Of a stretch of DNA of 64,000 bases, positions 48,400 through 61,267 are shown piece by piece. How positions within the stretch are numbered: position 1 is the stretch's first letter; each line of letters opens with the position of its first letter. Location of the stretch: positions 108,378,001 to 108,442,000 of the forward strand of contig NC_045697.1 of the NCBI RefSeq assembly GCF_009834535.1, in the 5' to 3' direction. Made by a program: the position numbers and the translations under genes. Under the pieces are notes generated by a model, which had not been told where the DNA came from, made no database searches, and saw nothing but the letters and a program-made list of their open reading frames with translations. The stretch comes from Camelus ferus. Lineage: Eukaryota.

Positions 48400-51173
48400 A
48401 AACAAAGAGGAAAGCAGCCCAGGTGGGGAAAGTAGGGTGCACAGGTCCCAGTGCCAAGAGGGAGCAGAGATCCCTCCATCCCCTTTACACTCAGTATCTT
48501 TCTTCCGTGTCATCTGGCTCCTTCTGAACTTTGACCTCCATGCCCTTCAGGACCAATGCATCCCCGCCCACCTCTGCCCACACCTCACCCCACCTACAGG
48601 ACGTAGGACTCCCAGTCCAGCAGTTCCAGCCATAGGCAGCCCCGAGCCAACCTGATGCTCCGTCCCCGCGTCTGACACCAGTCCCAGCTCAGTCCTGCTT
48701 GGGGCACTGGCTTTTTGAGCTCAGCTCAATCCAAGCTTTCTCCATCTCCCCTCAGTTTCCCTCTCTTTCTCCTTCTCAATGAAAATGATGGAGGAGAAGG
48801 TGAGGGACAAGTAAGCAGAAGAAGAGTAGGTGACAGGGAATCCATGAATGGTTTCTACCAGTAACAAAAACAAAAGCAAAAACAAATCCTTCAATTAAAT
48901 AAGCCCCTCCCAGGAAAACATCTTGCTTTACCCCTCCTCAAGCCCTAGCCAGTGAGACTATGGAGCTGAGAGAACAGGATAAAATGCAATCTGACAACTA
49001 ATTTTCCTACAGACTGTCAAATGTCCCTTTGGGTGACTTTTCACTAGATTGTCCAGATATTTTTGTTTTCCATGATAGATCCTTGGACCCATGTGATATT
49101 TTCAACAGAACCCTAGTAGACTTTCATAGCGGTTTTAGACCTTTGTATCTTCTTATTCCCATTGTGTCTAACCTACTCGATAAACGAATTTTGAGTGAAT
49201 GAATGACTTAAATTGTCCTTGGGTTAAGTTTGAAGTTTCTCCACGTCACGACCCCAAAAGGAAAGCTCTCTCATCCAGGCAAAGTGAATTTCCTTTGTAG
49301 ACATCACCCGTGGTTCCCATCACCCAGGAGATGGAAGAAGGGTGAGTTAACTTTTCTAACTCTCAGCTAATCAGATCAATACCCAGCTGCTCACTATGAA
49401 CAGAATGCATCCAAATAATGTCAGTAAAGCAAACTCTGCCCAGAGGAATTTCATCTGTTTAAACTTTCAAGGTCTTGTTTAGATGTTGGAAACAGAACTG
49501 TGGGAGAGAGAGAAAGAAATACTTTCTGGAGCAAATGTCTGATCTAATCACGTAGCATCATCACCCGGCTCACTCTTGGGACTTCACCCTGCCTCTCTGC
49601 CTCCTGTCTAACAGGCCCATCACTTTGCACAGATTTATAAATCAATCCACTGGACACTCCCTGCAGCCCAGCTCACCATAATGGGTATTTAATGGAATTT
49701 GGATCTGGGAGTCCATCCAAAATTATTACCAGAGAACCAGAACAAGCTCATGGCACAAACCCATGCCAGGTGCCCCAAGGCTCTCAATAGTTTATATTCA
49801 AGACCTCAGGGTCCTTTGGGTGTGGGTGAGGGGTGGAGGAATATGCTTGTTCGGTTGGTTTTTTTCCCCTTCCATGCTTTTTGCAAACACTGAGAAACAG
49901 TACAATAAACTTTTATGTTATGAGACTCTTAGGGATCCCCAAATTCATCATCTTTCCTCAGAAACCCAGTAAGTAAACGACAACAAAAAGCTGGCCACTA
50001 TGTGGTTGCCAGGCAATCGGGTGGGCTCACCACCCACATCAGTGCCTCAGTGATGTTCAATTCAGAACCACACTGAAATGGTAGACTCTCCATGCAGTGA
50101 ACTTTGGGTTGGAAAACAGACAAACCAACCCAGAAAGTGACAATGTTAATCTATGGATGCCAAGTCTCAGCCATGATATAACCTCATAGATTTAGGTGCC
50201 TCACAGTTCAACACAACTTCACATCATTTTCCCTGATGATAATGGCATGGAGACAGAAGAGCATCCTGGTGAGTCTGAAGGAGCAAGGTCTTTACTGCCT
50301 GAGCAGTTACAGAAAGAGACCAAACCATCAGGAAGAGACCCAGCAGACACATTCATCAATCACCGTGATTTTTGAGCCTTGTAACGTGTTAGATCCTGTT
50401 CTGATTACCAGCCCCTCAACCTCTACCCCTGTGCATGGGACATGAGACCAAGGAAGCCAGGGCTGTGTGGGCACCTCTGGGACACTCCCAGGGGCCTGGC
50501 TTACACAGCCACCCCCTTCCTCCACCCTAAGACCTCCAGAGGAGCAAGTCCCCTGAAATTTCCACGTGGAGGCTCCAAGTCTCCTACAAAGGCCATAGTG
50601 ATAATGACTGGATGGCAGAGGGAGCTGTGTCCGGCCAGGGGCCAGGGACAAGACCTGAAAGCTTCCTCAGTCCCCTGCTGGCTCTAGTCACCTGCTGAGT
50701 TCAGTTTTCTCCATGTGATTTATCAAATCCCCTGGGAGCAACAGGGCAGGAGGCAAGGAACATGCTCCAAGCAGGAGGCTGTACAAGACATAACTTCCAG
50801 CAGCCTTGTGAAGACAGCGGAGGGGTGGGAGATCCTACGCAGATAGAGATGAAGGGATTTCATAATTGAATAATATTTGCTGATGTATTAAGATATTTTT
50901 ATAGTGCTGTCTGTGCTGTTAGCCATAAAGAATAATAATTAACTTTATAGATATTTGAAGAGTAGGTGTAAAACAGCCATTAACCATCATTTCTTTTATT
51001 AACAAAAATAAAATTAGGTTCTGTGTGTACAGGGAATTATTTTTAGCTCTCCCATATGTACCTGCCTCTTTGGACTGCAGACCACCCCCACTTAGCTACG
51101 CAGACCTTACAGATAGACTCAGGATGTCTCTGGAGGGTGGCTTGGGTCAGGAGAAGAAACTTTTCACAGAGAG

Positions 51174-51292
51174 AGATGATGAAGAGGATGATGATGGTGG
51201 TAGACGTGGTGATGATGCATTGGTAGGGCTGGGGAGGTGATGGTGGAGGTGGTGGTAGAGCCGTGATGCTGGTGATGGTGGAGATGGTGTAA
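51174..51292. repeat. Degenerate (GAT/GGT)n trinucleotide low-complexity tract
   Basis: gatgatgaagaggatgatgatggtggt...ggtgatggtggaggtggtggt. Confidence 0.8.
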
Positions 51293-52129
51293 CAGAAGCA
51301 TGGCAGTAAGGAAGGGAAATCAGTTCCAACAATGGCCTATTTTAATATTTTAAAACAACATCCTATGCGTAGTATTAGGCACTCAATGAAAGATTAAATT
51401 CCACCAGCTAGCCTCAGGCCTTTCAGGTTTTTCTCTTTTGCACCTAGAGGATAACCAATCTCTCAAAGGTCAAATCATAAAGATAAATTATTTTATATCT
51501 CCAGGTGCCAGAGTCATTTCAGGATTTAAACTAAGACTCACTTTGCTCCAGGCACAGGAGCTCAGCCTCCCTTTCTTTGAGGCTTCACCCAAGAAAGCAA
51601 CTTCTAACTTCTTTATAAGCCTCCTATGTACTTGTTAAAGACACTCTCCTAATATTCTTAGCATTTCTTCTTTTTCTTCTGGCCCCAAGATGCAAAGTCA
51701 CCAAGACCCAAAGCAAATCAGCTATGTGCAAAACAGGGTCGAAGGAAAGTAGAAGAGTCGAAGAATTATGACTGTGTTCTTTTGCACCTTTGATATGAGA
51801 GTTTCCACAACATTCAGTCATTTATTCATTTGTTCCTTCATTCATTCAACAAGCATTCACTCCTGCCACACTAGGTTCGTCCCTGGGGGAAAATGCGAAA
51901 CCAAGATTCCCATCCTTCCCTCCAGGATCTTAGACTCCAGAGGATACAACAAAAAGAATATTCCAATTTGAAAGAAGTCAAGGCTGGGAGGGTTCTACAC
52001 ACCCAAAGAATATGGGAAGAAAAAATAAAGCAGTTTTTGAAATATGACTTTCTAAACACCCTGTGGCAATCTTTTCAAAATCTCCCTTAAGGACTTTAGG
52101 ACTCCATGACAACTAAGAAGCTAAGAAGG

Positions 52130-52300
52130 CTGTTTCTTGAAGTTGGCCTGGGGACAGATGGCATTATAATCACCAGGGGCTTTTTAAAAAGGCGAGTTCC
52201 AGCGTTCCACATTAGCCTACTAAATCAGAATTTCTGAGAATTGGGATCAGGGAAACTGCTTTATGAACATGCCCCTTAGTGATTCTGAGGCACCCAAAAT
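52130..52300. mobile_element. MER5-family hAT-Charlie MITE remnant
   Basis: aatcacc...aaaaaggcgagttcc...cctactaaatcagaatttctg...ccccttagtgattctgaggcac. Confidence 0.65.
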
Positions 52301-52551
52301 CATTAAGCAAAATTCAAAGAAAGGGATTGAAAAGCTGAGACCAGGATGGGCTTCTTGTGACCGAGGTGTGGAAATTAAGATACCAAGGGACAGTTAAGTA
52401 GACAAAGCTTTCGAACAGCGGAACATTTGAGAAACTCTTTGGACTAGGAGCCAGCTCTTTGGGCTGACAAGCTGAACGGTCTTTGCCATTTCATTCCTTT
52501 CCATCTAGTATTCAGCCTCCCCATCTGTCTACTGAAGGGTGTGGTCTAGAT

Positions 52552-52896
52552 CTGCACTATCCAATACAGTAGCCACCAGTCACATGAGAATATTGGACAC
52601 TTGGAATGTGACGATTATGAATTGAGATGTGTTGCAAGGGTGAAGTACACACTGGGTTTGAAAGACTTAGTATAATACAAAGAATGTAAAATGCCCAATT
52701 TTTTTTTATATTGATTACATGCTGAAATGATAATATTTGGGTAAATACAATTAGGTTAAATTAAAATGAATTTTACCTGCTTCTTTTACTTTTCTTAAGT
52801 GTACCTACTAGAAAAATTTAAATTATAAATGTGACTTGCAAGTGCGGCTTGTTGGATGTTTAGACATGACGTGTGACCTAATGTTGGACCATACTG
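52552..52896. mobile_element. MER33/MER3-family hAT-Charlie MITE
   Basis: ctgcactatccaatacagtagccaccagtcacatg...ttggaccatactg. 8-bp TSD gtct(a/g)gat at 52544-52551 and 52897-52904. Confidence 0.85.
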
Positions 52897-53395
52897 GTCT
52901 GGATGCCTTCTCATCAGCGTTGATATTCTGTGCAATTTTTAGACAGATTAATGGAGAATTAAGTGTTATTTGAATGGGTCCCGGGTCAAGGCTTTGGCTC
53001 CCAGTCAGAAGTCAGCCAACCTCTAGCGGGAAGTCCTGCCCACCCAGGGCGAGAGGAAGGTGCAGAGAGAGGAGGCGAACCCTGAGGAGCCAGGCCATTG
53101 TGTGACCTCACACACTTTCTATGACAAATTTGGGCAGCACTTAGCTATTTTTTAATCTTAATTCACCATCCCTGAGGCTTGTGTTAGGTCTCTGATCTCT
53201 GGCCAGCACACACAAACGGAAGGTTTTCCGGGCAGTTTGACATTCCTGGAATGCTACTTTGAAGTGAGTTTTCTTTCTTCTGTGCAGACTTTATCTTGGA
53301 GACCATATTTGACCACACTGAGTACTGGGGTCCTTCTTTTGACTTGCCAATAATGAAAATAAATTTTATTTTTCCCTCTTCTGTGGAAGTGAAAA

Positions 53396-54390
53396 TAGAT
53401 AATGCTGCTATGAACATTAGGATACATATATCTTTTCAAATTAGTGTTTTTGTTTTCTTTGGTAAAAGTACCCAGAAGTGAAATTCCTGGATCATAAAGT
53501 CGTTCTATTTTTAATTTTTTGAGGAATCACCATAGTGTTTTCCATAGTGGCTGCATCAGTTTACATTCTCACCAACAGTGTACAAGGGTTCCCTTTTCTC
53601 CATGTCCTCGTCAACACTGATTATTTGTTCTTTTTTTGATGATAGCCATTCTGACAGGTGTGAGGTGACATCTTACTGTGATTTTGATTTTCATTTCCCT
53701 GATGATGTTGAGTATCTTTCCATGTGCTTGTTGGCCCTCTGTATGTCTTCTTTGGGAAAACGTCTATTCAGGTCCTCTGCTGATTTTTTAACTTAATTGT
53801 GTTTTTTTGGCGTTGAGTTGTATGAATTCTTTATATATCTTAGATATCAACCCCTTATCAGATATATCATTTGTAAATAGCTTCTGCCATTCAGTAGGCT
53901 GCCTTTCCATTTTGTTGATGGTTTCCTTCACTGTGAAAAAGTTTTTTTGTCTGATATGGCCCCATTTGTTTATTTTAATTTTTGTTTCCTTTGCCTGAGA
54001 AGATATAGCCAAAAAAATACATTGCTAAGACTGATGTCAAAGAATGTACTACCTGTGTTTTCTTCTAAAAGTTTTATGGTTTCAGGGCTTCCATGTAAGT
54101 CTCCAATCCATTTTGAGTTTATTTTTTTATATGGGATGAGAAAGTAGTCTAGTTTGATTTTTTTTTTTTTTTTGACATATAGCTGTCCAGCTCTCCCAGC
54201 ACCTCTTATTGAAGAGGCTGCCTTTTCCCAATATTCTTGTCTCCTTTGTCATAGATTAATTGACCTTATAAGTGGGTTTATTTCTGGGTTCCCGATTCTA
54301 CTCTGTTGATGTGCGTGTGTGTTTGTGCCAGTACCACACTGGTTTGATGACTGTAGCTCTGTAGTACCATTTGAAATCAGGGAGCACAAT
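53396..54390 (-). mobile_element. L1 ORF2 C-terminal fragment, antisense, lacking the 3' UTR
   Basis: Minus-strand peptide [34 protein letters not shown]...DKGLISKIYKE is LINE-1 ORF2p, with stops and frameshifts. Confidence 0.93.
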
Positions 54391-56719
54391 ACAGAGTGAG
54401 TCTTTTAAACGTGAAAGCTGCCAGGCCACTCCTCTCGTCACTCAGTAGCTCCTAACAGTGATGACCTAAGATGCCCTATATGATCTAGCCTCTGGCCTTG
54501 CTGTTTCTTCCTTGACAAACTTACATCAAAATTTGATGTAGTAAATATTTCCTTTATTGTCTGTTTCTTCCCTTTGTCTATTTGTTCAGGCTTAATTCTC
54601 AACAGTGCAAATCATTTCAAATAAATTAACGAGTGAATAGTAGCTGTTCTGTAAGATGAGTCAAAGGATGAGCGAATGATGAAATTGATCAGTACATCCA
54701 TGCTTGGAGTGGTACCCACCCTCTTTGCTCGGGCTTATGAGGGTGCGAGGGGGTATTTATGGAAGCAGAGTGTGACCACTGCCCTCCCCCTTTCTCTCAT
54801 CCAGGCATGTATTCATTCAACTGGATTCACTGATCTGGGCTTATACCCTGTTACATACGGGGCAACACTCAGGGTCTTCCATGAGCTATTGTTCACCCAG
54901 GAGACATGCAAACATGTGACCTTAGAAATAAGGTCGGTGGTGATGCAGAGCTGTTTCTGAGGGGCAGTGACGTCACACAGGGAAGCCATGGGAGGCCAGG
55001 AGAGGTTTCTCTGAGGGGAGCCAACTGAACTGATTCTTGCAGGATAAAGAGAAATTTTTCATATGGGAAGGGCTAGAAGCACTCCAGAAAAACAACGTTC
55101 TGGGAAACGAAAACAAAGACACGGGACAGTTGCGGCACTTTGAGAAACTACGAGTTGCTGGGCGTGCCCACAGTCCAGAGCAAAGCTCAGTGAGTTATGA
55201 GACATCAAGTGACAAAAGTCAGCAAGGGTACGGGGGAAGGGCTTGTTTGCACGCTGGGGCTTCGTTCTCCAAACAATATGAAGGCCTGTTAAACAACAGA
55301 TGAGCACGATGGGCCGGGAAGCAGGGATCCAGCACACCTTGGGGGTGTGGGTGCAAACGTTGAGCTGTGTGGCGATTTCTGTGGGCTGCAGGGGGCTGGG
55401 CAGAGCCTCAGTCAACAGTTTGGAGGACTGAGGCAGGAAGGACGGAGACCCAGGAGGGGCCACTCAGACAGCAATGATGGCACAAGGAGGAGGAAGCCAG
55501 GCTGGCTGGAAAGACAAGGTCTTTCCCTGGAAAGGAGCATGTTTCAAAGCCAGGACAGGAGAGAGCCTGGGGCGCAGCTGAACGCTCACATTAATGATCA
55601 GTCCTGAAACCTAAAAGCGTTGCCTAAATTCTTTCCTAGTCCAGATTGCTTAATCCTCCTTCTCCTGGACTGTCATCATAAAACCAAAGAGTCACGAGAC
55701 CAAGGGGCTGGAGGGCATCTTAGAGCACATCTAATCCAGCGCCTCCCAGCCCTCCCTGCTCAGGCACCCTGAACAATAAGGGAGAGAACGTGAACCAATT
55801 TTCTTCACGTTGCTTATTGCATCACTTTTAAAAATATATATATAAATGTTGCATTCTGAGCCAAAGCATCTGTATTTGTTTTAATAGAAGAATAACATTT
55901 TTTTTTCCTCTCAAAAAGGTTGCTTCTCCACAGGAAGTTGCATCATCTGTATTCACAAACCTCCCTGACCACAGCCCCCAAGTGTGTGGACACCCTTGGG
56001 AAAGCCCTCCTTATGGATGAGGACACAGAGGCCAACAGAGAGGCTGCGTCATCTGCCTGAGGTCACGCAGTGGGTTAGGTACAGAGTGAAGCCTGGAATC
56101 AGCGCCAGAGCTCTCCTTGGACCCTCTTTCCTCAAGGGCCCTGCATTTGACACCGTGACCCCCTTTTCCTTCCTGACTCTCGCCTCCCTTCCTCTTCCTC
56201 CTGTTTCATTGACTGCGGCACCTTTGTTCCCTCTTGCTCTGCCCCCTCCTAACCTCACTGGGGCTCCAGAGGGCTCAGAGGGGAGCAGGATGAAGCAGAG
56301 CCCCGCCAGGAGAGAAGCTCACAGAACTCAGTGCCCTGAGCAGCCCTGGCCTGGTCTCATCTGCTACAGCTTCTCATTCCTCTGGGATCAAAAAGGTTTA
56401 TGACGGCTGTTTGGGCTGTTCTTGATTAATTATACCTTTGCTTCCTGAAGGCACTTAGAACATATTTCTGCGAGTTTGCTTAGAGCACAGAAGGGGAAAT
56501 GGACGGTCCCGGTGTCTGTTCCAGGAAGCACCCCACCTCCACCCCCATCCATTTTCACCTGTGTTGAAAGTTTTATGAGCATCTCCAGCAGGACAGTGCC
56601 CAGACTTCCCTCCCACAAAGGCAGAAACTTGCTGTTTGGGAAAAGCCAGAGTCACTCTGCAGTCCTCTGAGTGAACCAGCGGAAGAAAAAAGGCCAAGAA
56701 GCTTGTATGGTTTCTCTTC

Positions 56720-57335
56720 AAAACACAGATCTGATCTGGTCACTCCCTCTGCCTAAATCATGTCAGCAGCTCTGTTCCCAGGATAAGGACATCTCCCTGA
56801 GCGGCCTCTAAAGAGTCTGTACCCTCCTTAGTTTTGCAGACTCTCCTTAAGTTCCTCCCTTTCCTCTCTCTGCTCCAGTCACACTGAGCCCTTGGCTCCT
56901 CCATCCATGCCCATCTCCCCAACACAGGCCTTTGTATCTGCCATTTCCTGCCACGGGGACTTTGCACTTGCCATTTTCTTGGCTTGGTCCGCTCTGTCAC
57001 CCACTCTGCGCCTGATGGAACAGCCCCATCATCTTCCAGCAATCAGCTCAAATTTTCTTCCTCAGAGATGCCTACTCTGACCTCCTGAGGGTCAAACCTC
57101 CCACCACAGGTTCACAGAGCACCAGGTGCCTTTCTTCACAGCACTTACCGCACCCACACGTTCACACTGATACATGTGATTGATTACCGGACTGCCATTT
57201 ATTCTCCCACGAGGTTGTATGGTCCACAAGGCAGAGTCCATGCAAGGATTTGCCCATTTTCACAGCCTCATCACTTAACATTGTGCCTAACACATAGTTG
57301 ATGCTTTAAAAATCTGTCAAAGTAAAAATTAAATA
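56720..57335 (+). mobile_element. L2 LINE 3' region
   Basis: aaaacacagatctgatctggtcactccc...ctctctgctccagtcacactg...ggactttgcacttgcc...acattgtgcctaacacatag... Confidence 0.75.
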
Positions 57336-57649
57336 ATGAACAAATAAACAAGTAGTAGATTTGGTAAGTTCAAAATGTGAATTGATGAATTCATAAATAC
57401 CCAGAATTGTTTATAAAGGTCTTGGGGTCCCGAATTTAATCCTTAGACCTACATGTCTATTGGGCAGCATTATTGTGTTCAGAACACTACCCCTCGGTGT
57501 TTCCCACTGCACCATATGTAAGTGTCTTCTCTGTGCCTGTCATGGGGGAGTGCTTTACCAGAAACTCTCCTGACTACCCTCGTCCCCTCAGTATCTCCCT
57601 CTATTCCAGCCATCAGCAAACCTTGCCAACTCATTCCAAGGTATATCAA

Positions 57650-59170
57650 ATTCCATCAGACATATAAAAACAGAGTTTATCGCCAACAAACTATCACAAA
57701 AGGAACTTTAAAAGATAAACTTGTGGAAGAAAGAAAACTATCTCTGAGGGAAGAGTTAAGATGTAAGAAGATACATAAGCCAAGAATAGGCAAACATGCA
57801 AATAAATGTAAATGAATAGTTACTGTATAGAGCTACAATAATAGTGCACAGTTTAAAGATTTTTTTAAAAAGCAGTCAACAATAATGTATGTTAGGGGGT
57901 GATCAGATTTAAATGTGCTAAAAATCTAAGAAAAAGAGTAAGAGATACTGTGTCACTTTAGGCTTTGTTGAGTTGACCCTTGAACGTTGCAGGGGTTAAT
58001 ATGCATATAATTTGTAGTCTTCTGTATCCGTGGTTCCTCTGCATCCGTGAATTCGACCAACCACAGACCATATAGTATTTACTACTGAAAAATATCCATA
58101 TGTAGGTGGACCGATGTAGTTCAAACCCGTTATTCAAAGGTCAGCTGTACAATTAAACTTTCAAGAGTAACCATGAAAATAATGAAAAGAGAGTTCATAA
58201 TTTCCAAAAAGTAATAGAAAAATATTTTATTAAAAAATTCTCAATCAAAAAAGGGACAAAATAAAGAAAAAGGATATCCAAAAAAATTAAACAAATAGCC
58301 AGGATGGTTAAAAAAATTTTTTTAAATATAAACAATCACAATAAGTATAAATGGGCTAAAGTTGCTAATTAAAGATTGTCAGATTATATTTTTAATATTC
58401 AGCTGTATGCTGTCTATGTCTATAAAAGATATATCTAAAATGAAAGGAATGGAAAGATTGAATTGAAAGTAGTCAATTACTTTGGAATATTATACAGGTA
58501 TTAGCCAAAAGAAATCATATGTAGTTATATTAACAAAGATAAAATAGACTTTGAGCCTTTTAAATACTAGAGTGCCACTTCATAATGATGATTCACTAGG
58601 GAAGATAATAATGAACTAATCATACAGCATCAAATATTCAAATCATATTTGAGAGAATTATAAGGAGTAATTAACCAACACATAAACATGGTGGGAGTCT
58701 TTACCATACCTCTCTCTGAAACTGATACACCTAGCAGACCAAACAATTAATAAAAGTACAGAAGATTTGGCAACATAATTAGCAACTTGATTTAACACAT
58801 ATGTAGAGAGTCCTGGATTAAAAATCAGAAAACACATGAATGAAATTTATTTTAGAACATGTATTAAATGAGACACGTGTAAAACTGACCTCATAACAGA
58901 GCTCAATATATAAGTCTCAACGTACTTCAAAGAATCTGTTCTGTTTACAGACTGTATTTTATAACTAAATGCAATTAGCTTAAAAGTGAATAATAAAAAG
59001 ATAAACATTTAAAAACATTCATTTTAAAACTAAAAACTTACCTCTAGATTATTAGTGCGTCAAAAATGAAATAGTGATGACACTGTAAGAAAGTCATTAT
59101 GAACTGTAACAATAACACTACGTGTTAAAGCTTACAGAATGCAGACAGGGGTACTTGGAGAGAACTTTGT
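57650..59170 (+). mobile_element. Ancient L1M inter-ORF/endonuclease-region remnant
   Basis: A-rich, aatcacaataagtataaatgggctaaa...aaagattgtcagatt...agataaaatagacttt...atggtgggagtcttta is decayed L1 ORF2 endonuclease region. Confidence 0.7.
57970..58147. mobile_element. Tigger2/MER8-family (TcMar) MITE nested in L1
   Basis: Terminal inverted repeats (g)agttgacccttgaac / attcaaaggtcagctg, followed by TA. Confidence 0.8.
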
Positions 59171-61216
59171 AGTCCTCGGGGTCTAGTGGAGCTTTCCTTC
59201 ATTTCTCCCATTATGCAGTTCATTGATTTATGTGTTTGTTCAGTAAATGCTCAATCTGGCATGTGGACATATTCAGATGGAGGCTGCAGAGCTCACAGCC
59301 CCTAAGTGGAAATCCTGAGCCAGCCTGGTCTGTTCTCCAGTTGCTGATCTCCAAGGGCTGCCCAGAACTCAGCTTCTCTTGTGATCAGGGCATCACAGGA
59401 TGTCCATTTCCCACGGCTATTCCACTGGCAGTGGAGGGACTGGTCTCTTGCTCAGAGGGACGAGAGACCCCGCAAGTCTTCAGACTAGAAGGTGATACAG
59501 CGCACCCCCAGGCTTTCCTCTGGGCTTGTGCTCTGGGCTTTCTATCTCATGCACTGTATTTCCCATTCTCTCTTTTAATGGGAAAGATCTTCTCCACATT
59601 CTCTCCAAAGTGAGATGTCTCATAGTGCTAAGGGATCGGTATTTCTTTTTGTCCAAGAGCTATTTCAATGACAGTGTGGGAGACAGAAGACAAAACCAGT
59701 AACATCTACGGTTTTCCCAGAAGCAAATTTCACATGGAAATGTCAGCCACCAGAGTTTCCTCAGAACTGCAGCGACGGAACAATAATGACAGTTAGCAAC
59801 GGCAGTAAGGTTGACTCTAAAGAGCTAAACAAAATATATGTGTTCTTATTGTTGATGTATCATTATTTTTTAAAAAGCCATCATCAGATTCTACAATAGA
59901 ATCAGGATGGGTTCAATCTCCAATCCATTTCTTTTTATCTTTCCAGGTTGTCCCTAGATTACCAGTTCTTGTCGAGTAAATTGTGCTCTCTGTTTCTCCA
60001 CAGCAGTTGTCCAAATCCCATGTTGGAAAGCTTGGCCCTAATCTTGTTTTCTCCGCTGTCAAAAGCTGGAACTCATCTCTCAACTGTGGGACAAGTTTTG
60101 AGGCTTTCTAGTAGTAGCTGGGTTTTAAGGCGACCTAAATCCCTGCGCTTTTTTGTTCTGATACATAAAGCTTGCTGTGCTTTATGTATTAGATTTCCTC
60201 GTTATGCAGGGCATCTTAATTACAGTGCTATCACAGATTACACTAGATACAGCTCCTCTTTTTATAGTTAAAAACAGTGAGCACGATGCAGCCCACTTGA
60301 TAGATGCTGTATCTGGGCGGATAACACGGAGTGTGTCACTGTAAATGCAAACCGCTGTAAATGCAGATAAATACCGCTGCTGATCATCCCAGCCTGCTGT
60401 GGGGCTATTACAGTTTGACTGTTCCAGCTAAAACAGTGGCTGAGTCAGACTCTTCCTCCCCCAGGCTTTAGAAAACTCGTGTCTTTAACCAAGGTGGGTT
60501 TACACGTGAGTTTGCACGGGATGAGTTTGCTCAAATGTGCCTGATCTGGAACCAACTTCCAAGGCAGAGGATTCGAAAACAGGAGGATGGAGGCAAAAGC
60601 AGAGTCCACAGTTCTCCTCCTTGAAAACCTTCTCTTGCCAAAGCTTTTCTGCTGTTTATTTAAAGCTGAGATTCCGCAGATTGGTCTTTGTCCCTGGGCA
60701 AACTTGATAGACGACCAGCCTCGAGCAACACACAATTTATGGCTGTGGAAAACACGTGCTCTGCCTCCGCTGGTTCTTTAGAGATGGGCTTTAGGGCAAG
60801 TGCGAGATGCCTGGGTAATGTACAAACCAGCATCAGTAAGTATCTGCAGAGGAAACACCTCCTACCTCTTCCTTCTGAGATTAAATTAAAAGCAGCTTTT
60901 AATGCCTACTTTGAAGACTATGACTGTACGCTTCCTAGGTTCCCTTTCGTTGTCTTTGTTGGCAGATGCCCTGAGCTAGTCTTTAATAGAAACTTCAGAT
61001 ACAAAACCCCAACCGGAAGCAACCAAAGGGACTAGTCTTCAAAATAATATTTTCTACTAGATACAAAACTAATAAGTGTTCACTATAGAATTCTTGCTAA
61101 AAACAGGAAAGCAGGCAGAGAAAATAAAAGTCACCCATGATCTTCCCACTGAGAAATTCTCAGTATATCCTTTCAGTCTTTTTTCCTAGGCCTGTATAAT
61201 TTTATAAGTGTACATC

Positions 61217-61219
<3 letters not shown>

Positions 61220-61264
<45 letters not shown>
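61220..61264. repeat. (TG)n microsatellite inside an old L1 remnant (about 61060-61500)
   Basis: About 22 uninterrupted TG units. Confidence 0.95.

Positions 61265-61267
<3 letters not shown>

Noticed and set aside
51025..51332. Acidic, His-rich or Ser-rich peptides suggesting a coding exon
   Set aside because: They arise from a degenerate (GAT/GGT)n tract, with stops nearby and no convincing splice context.
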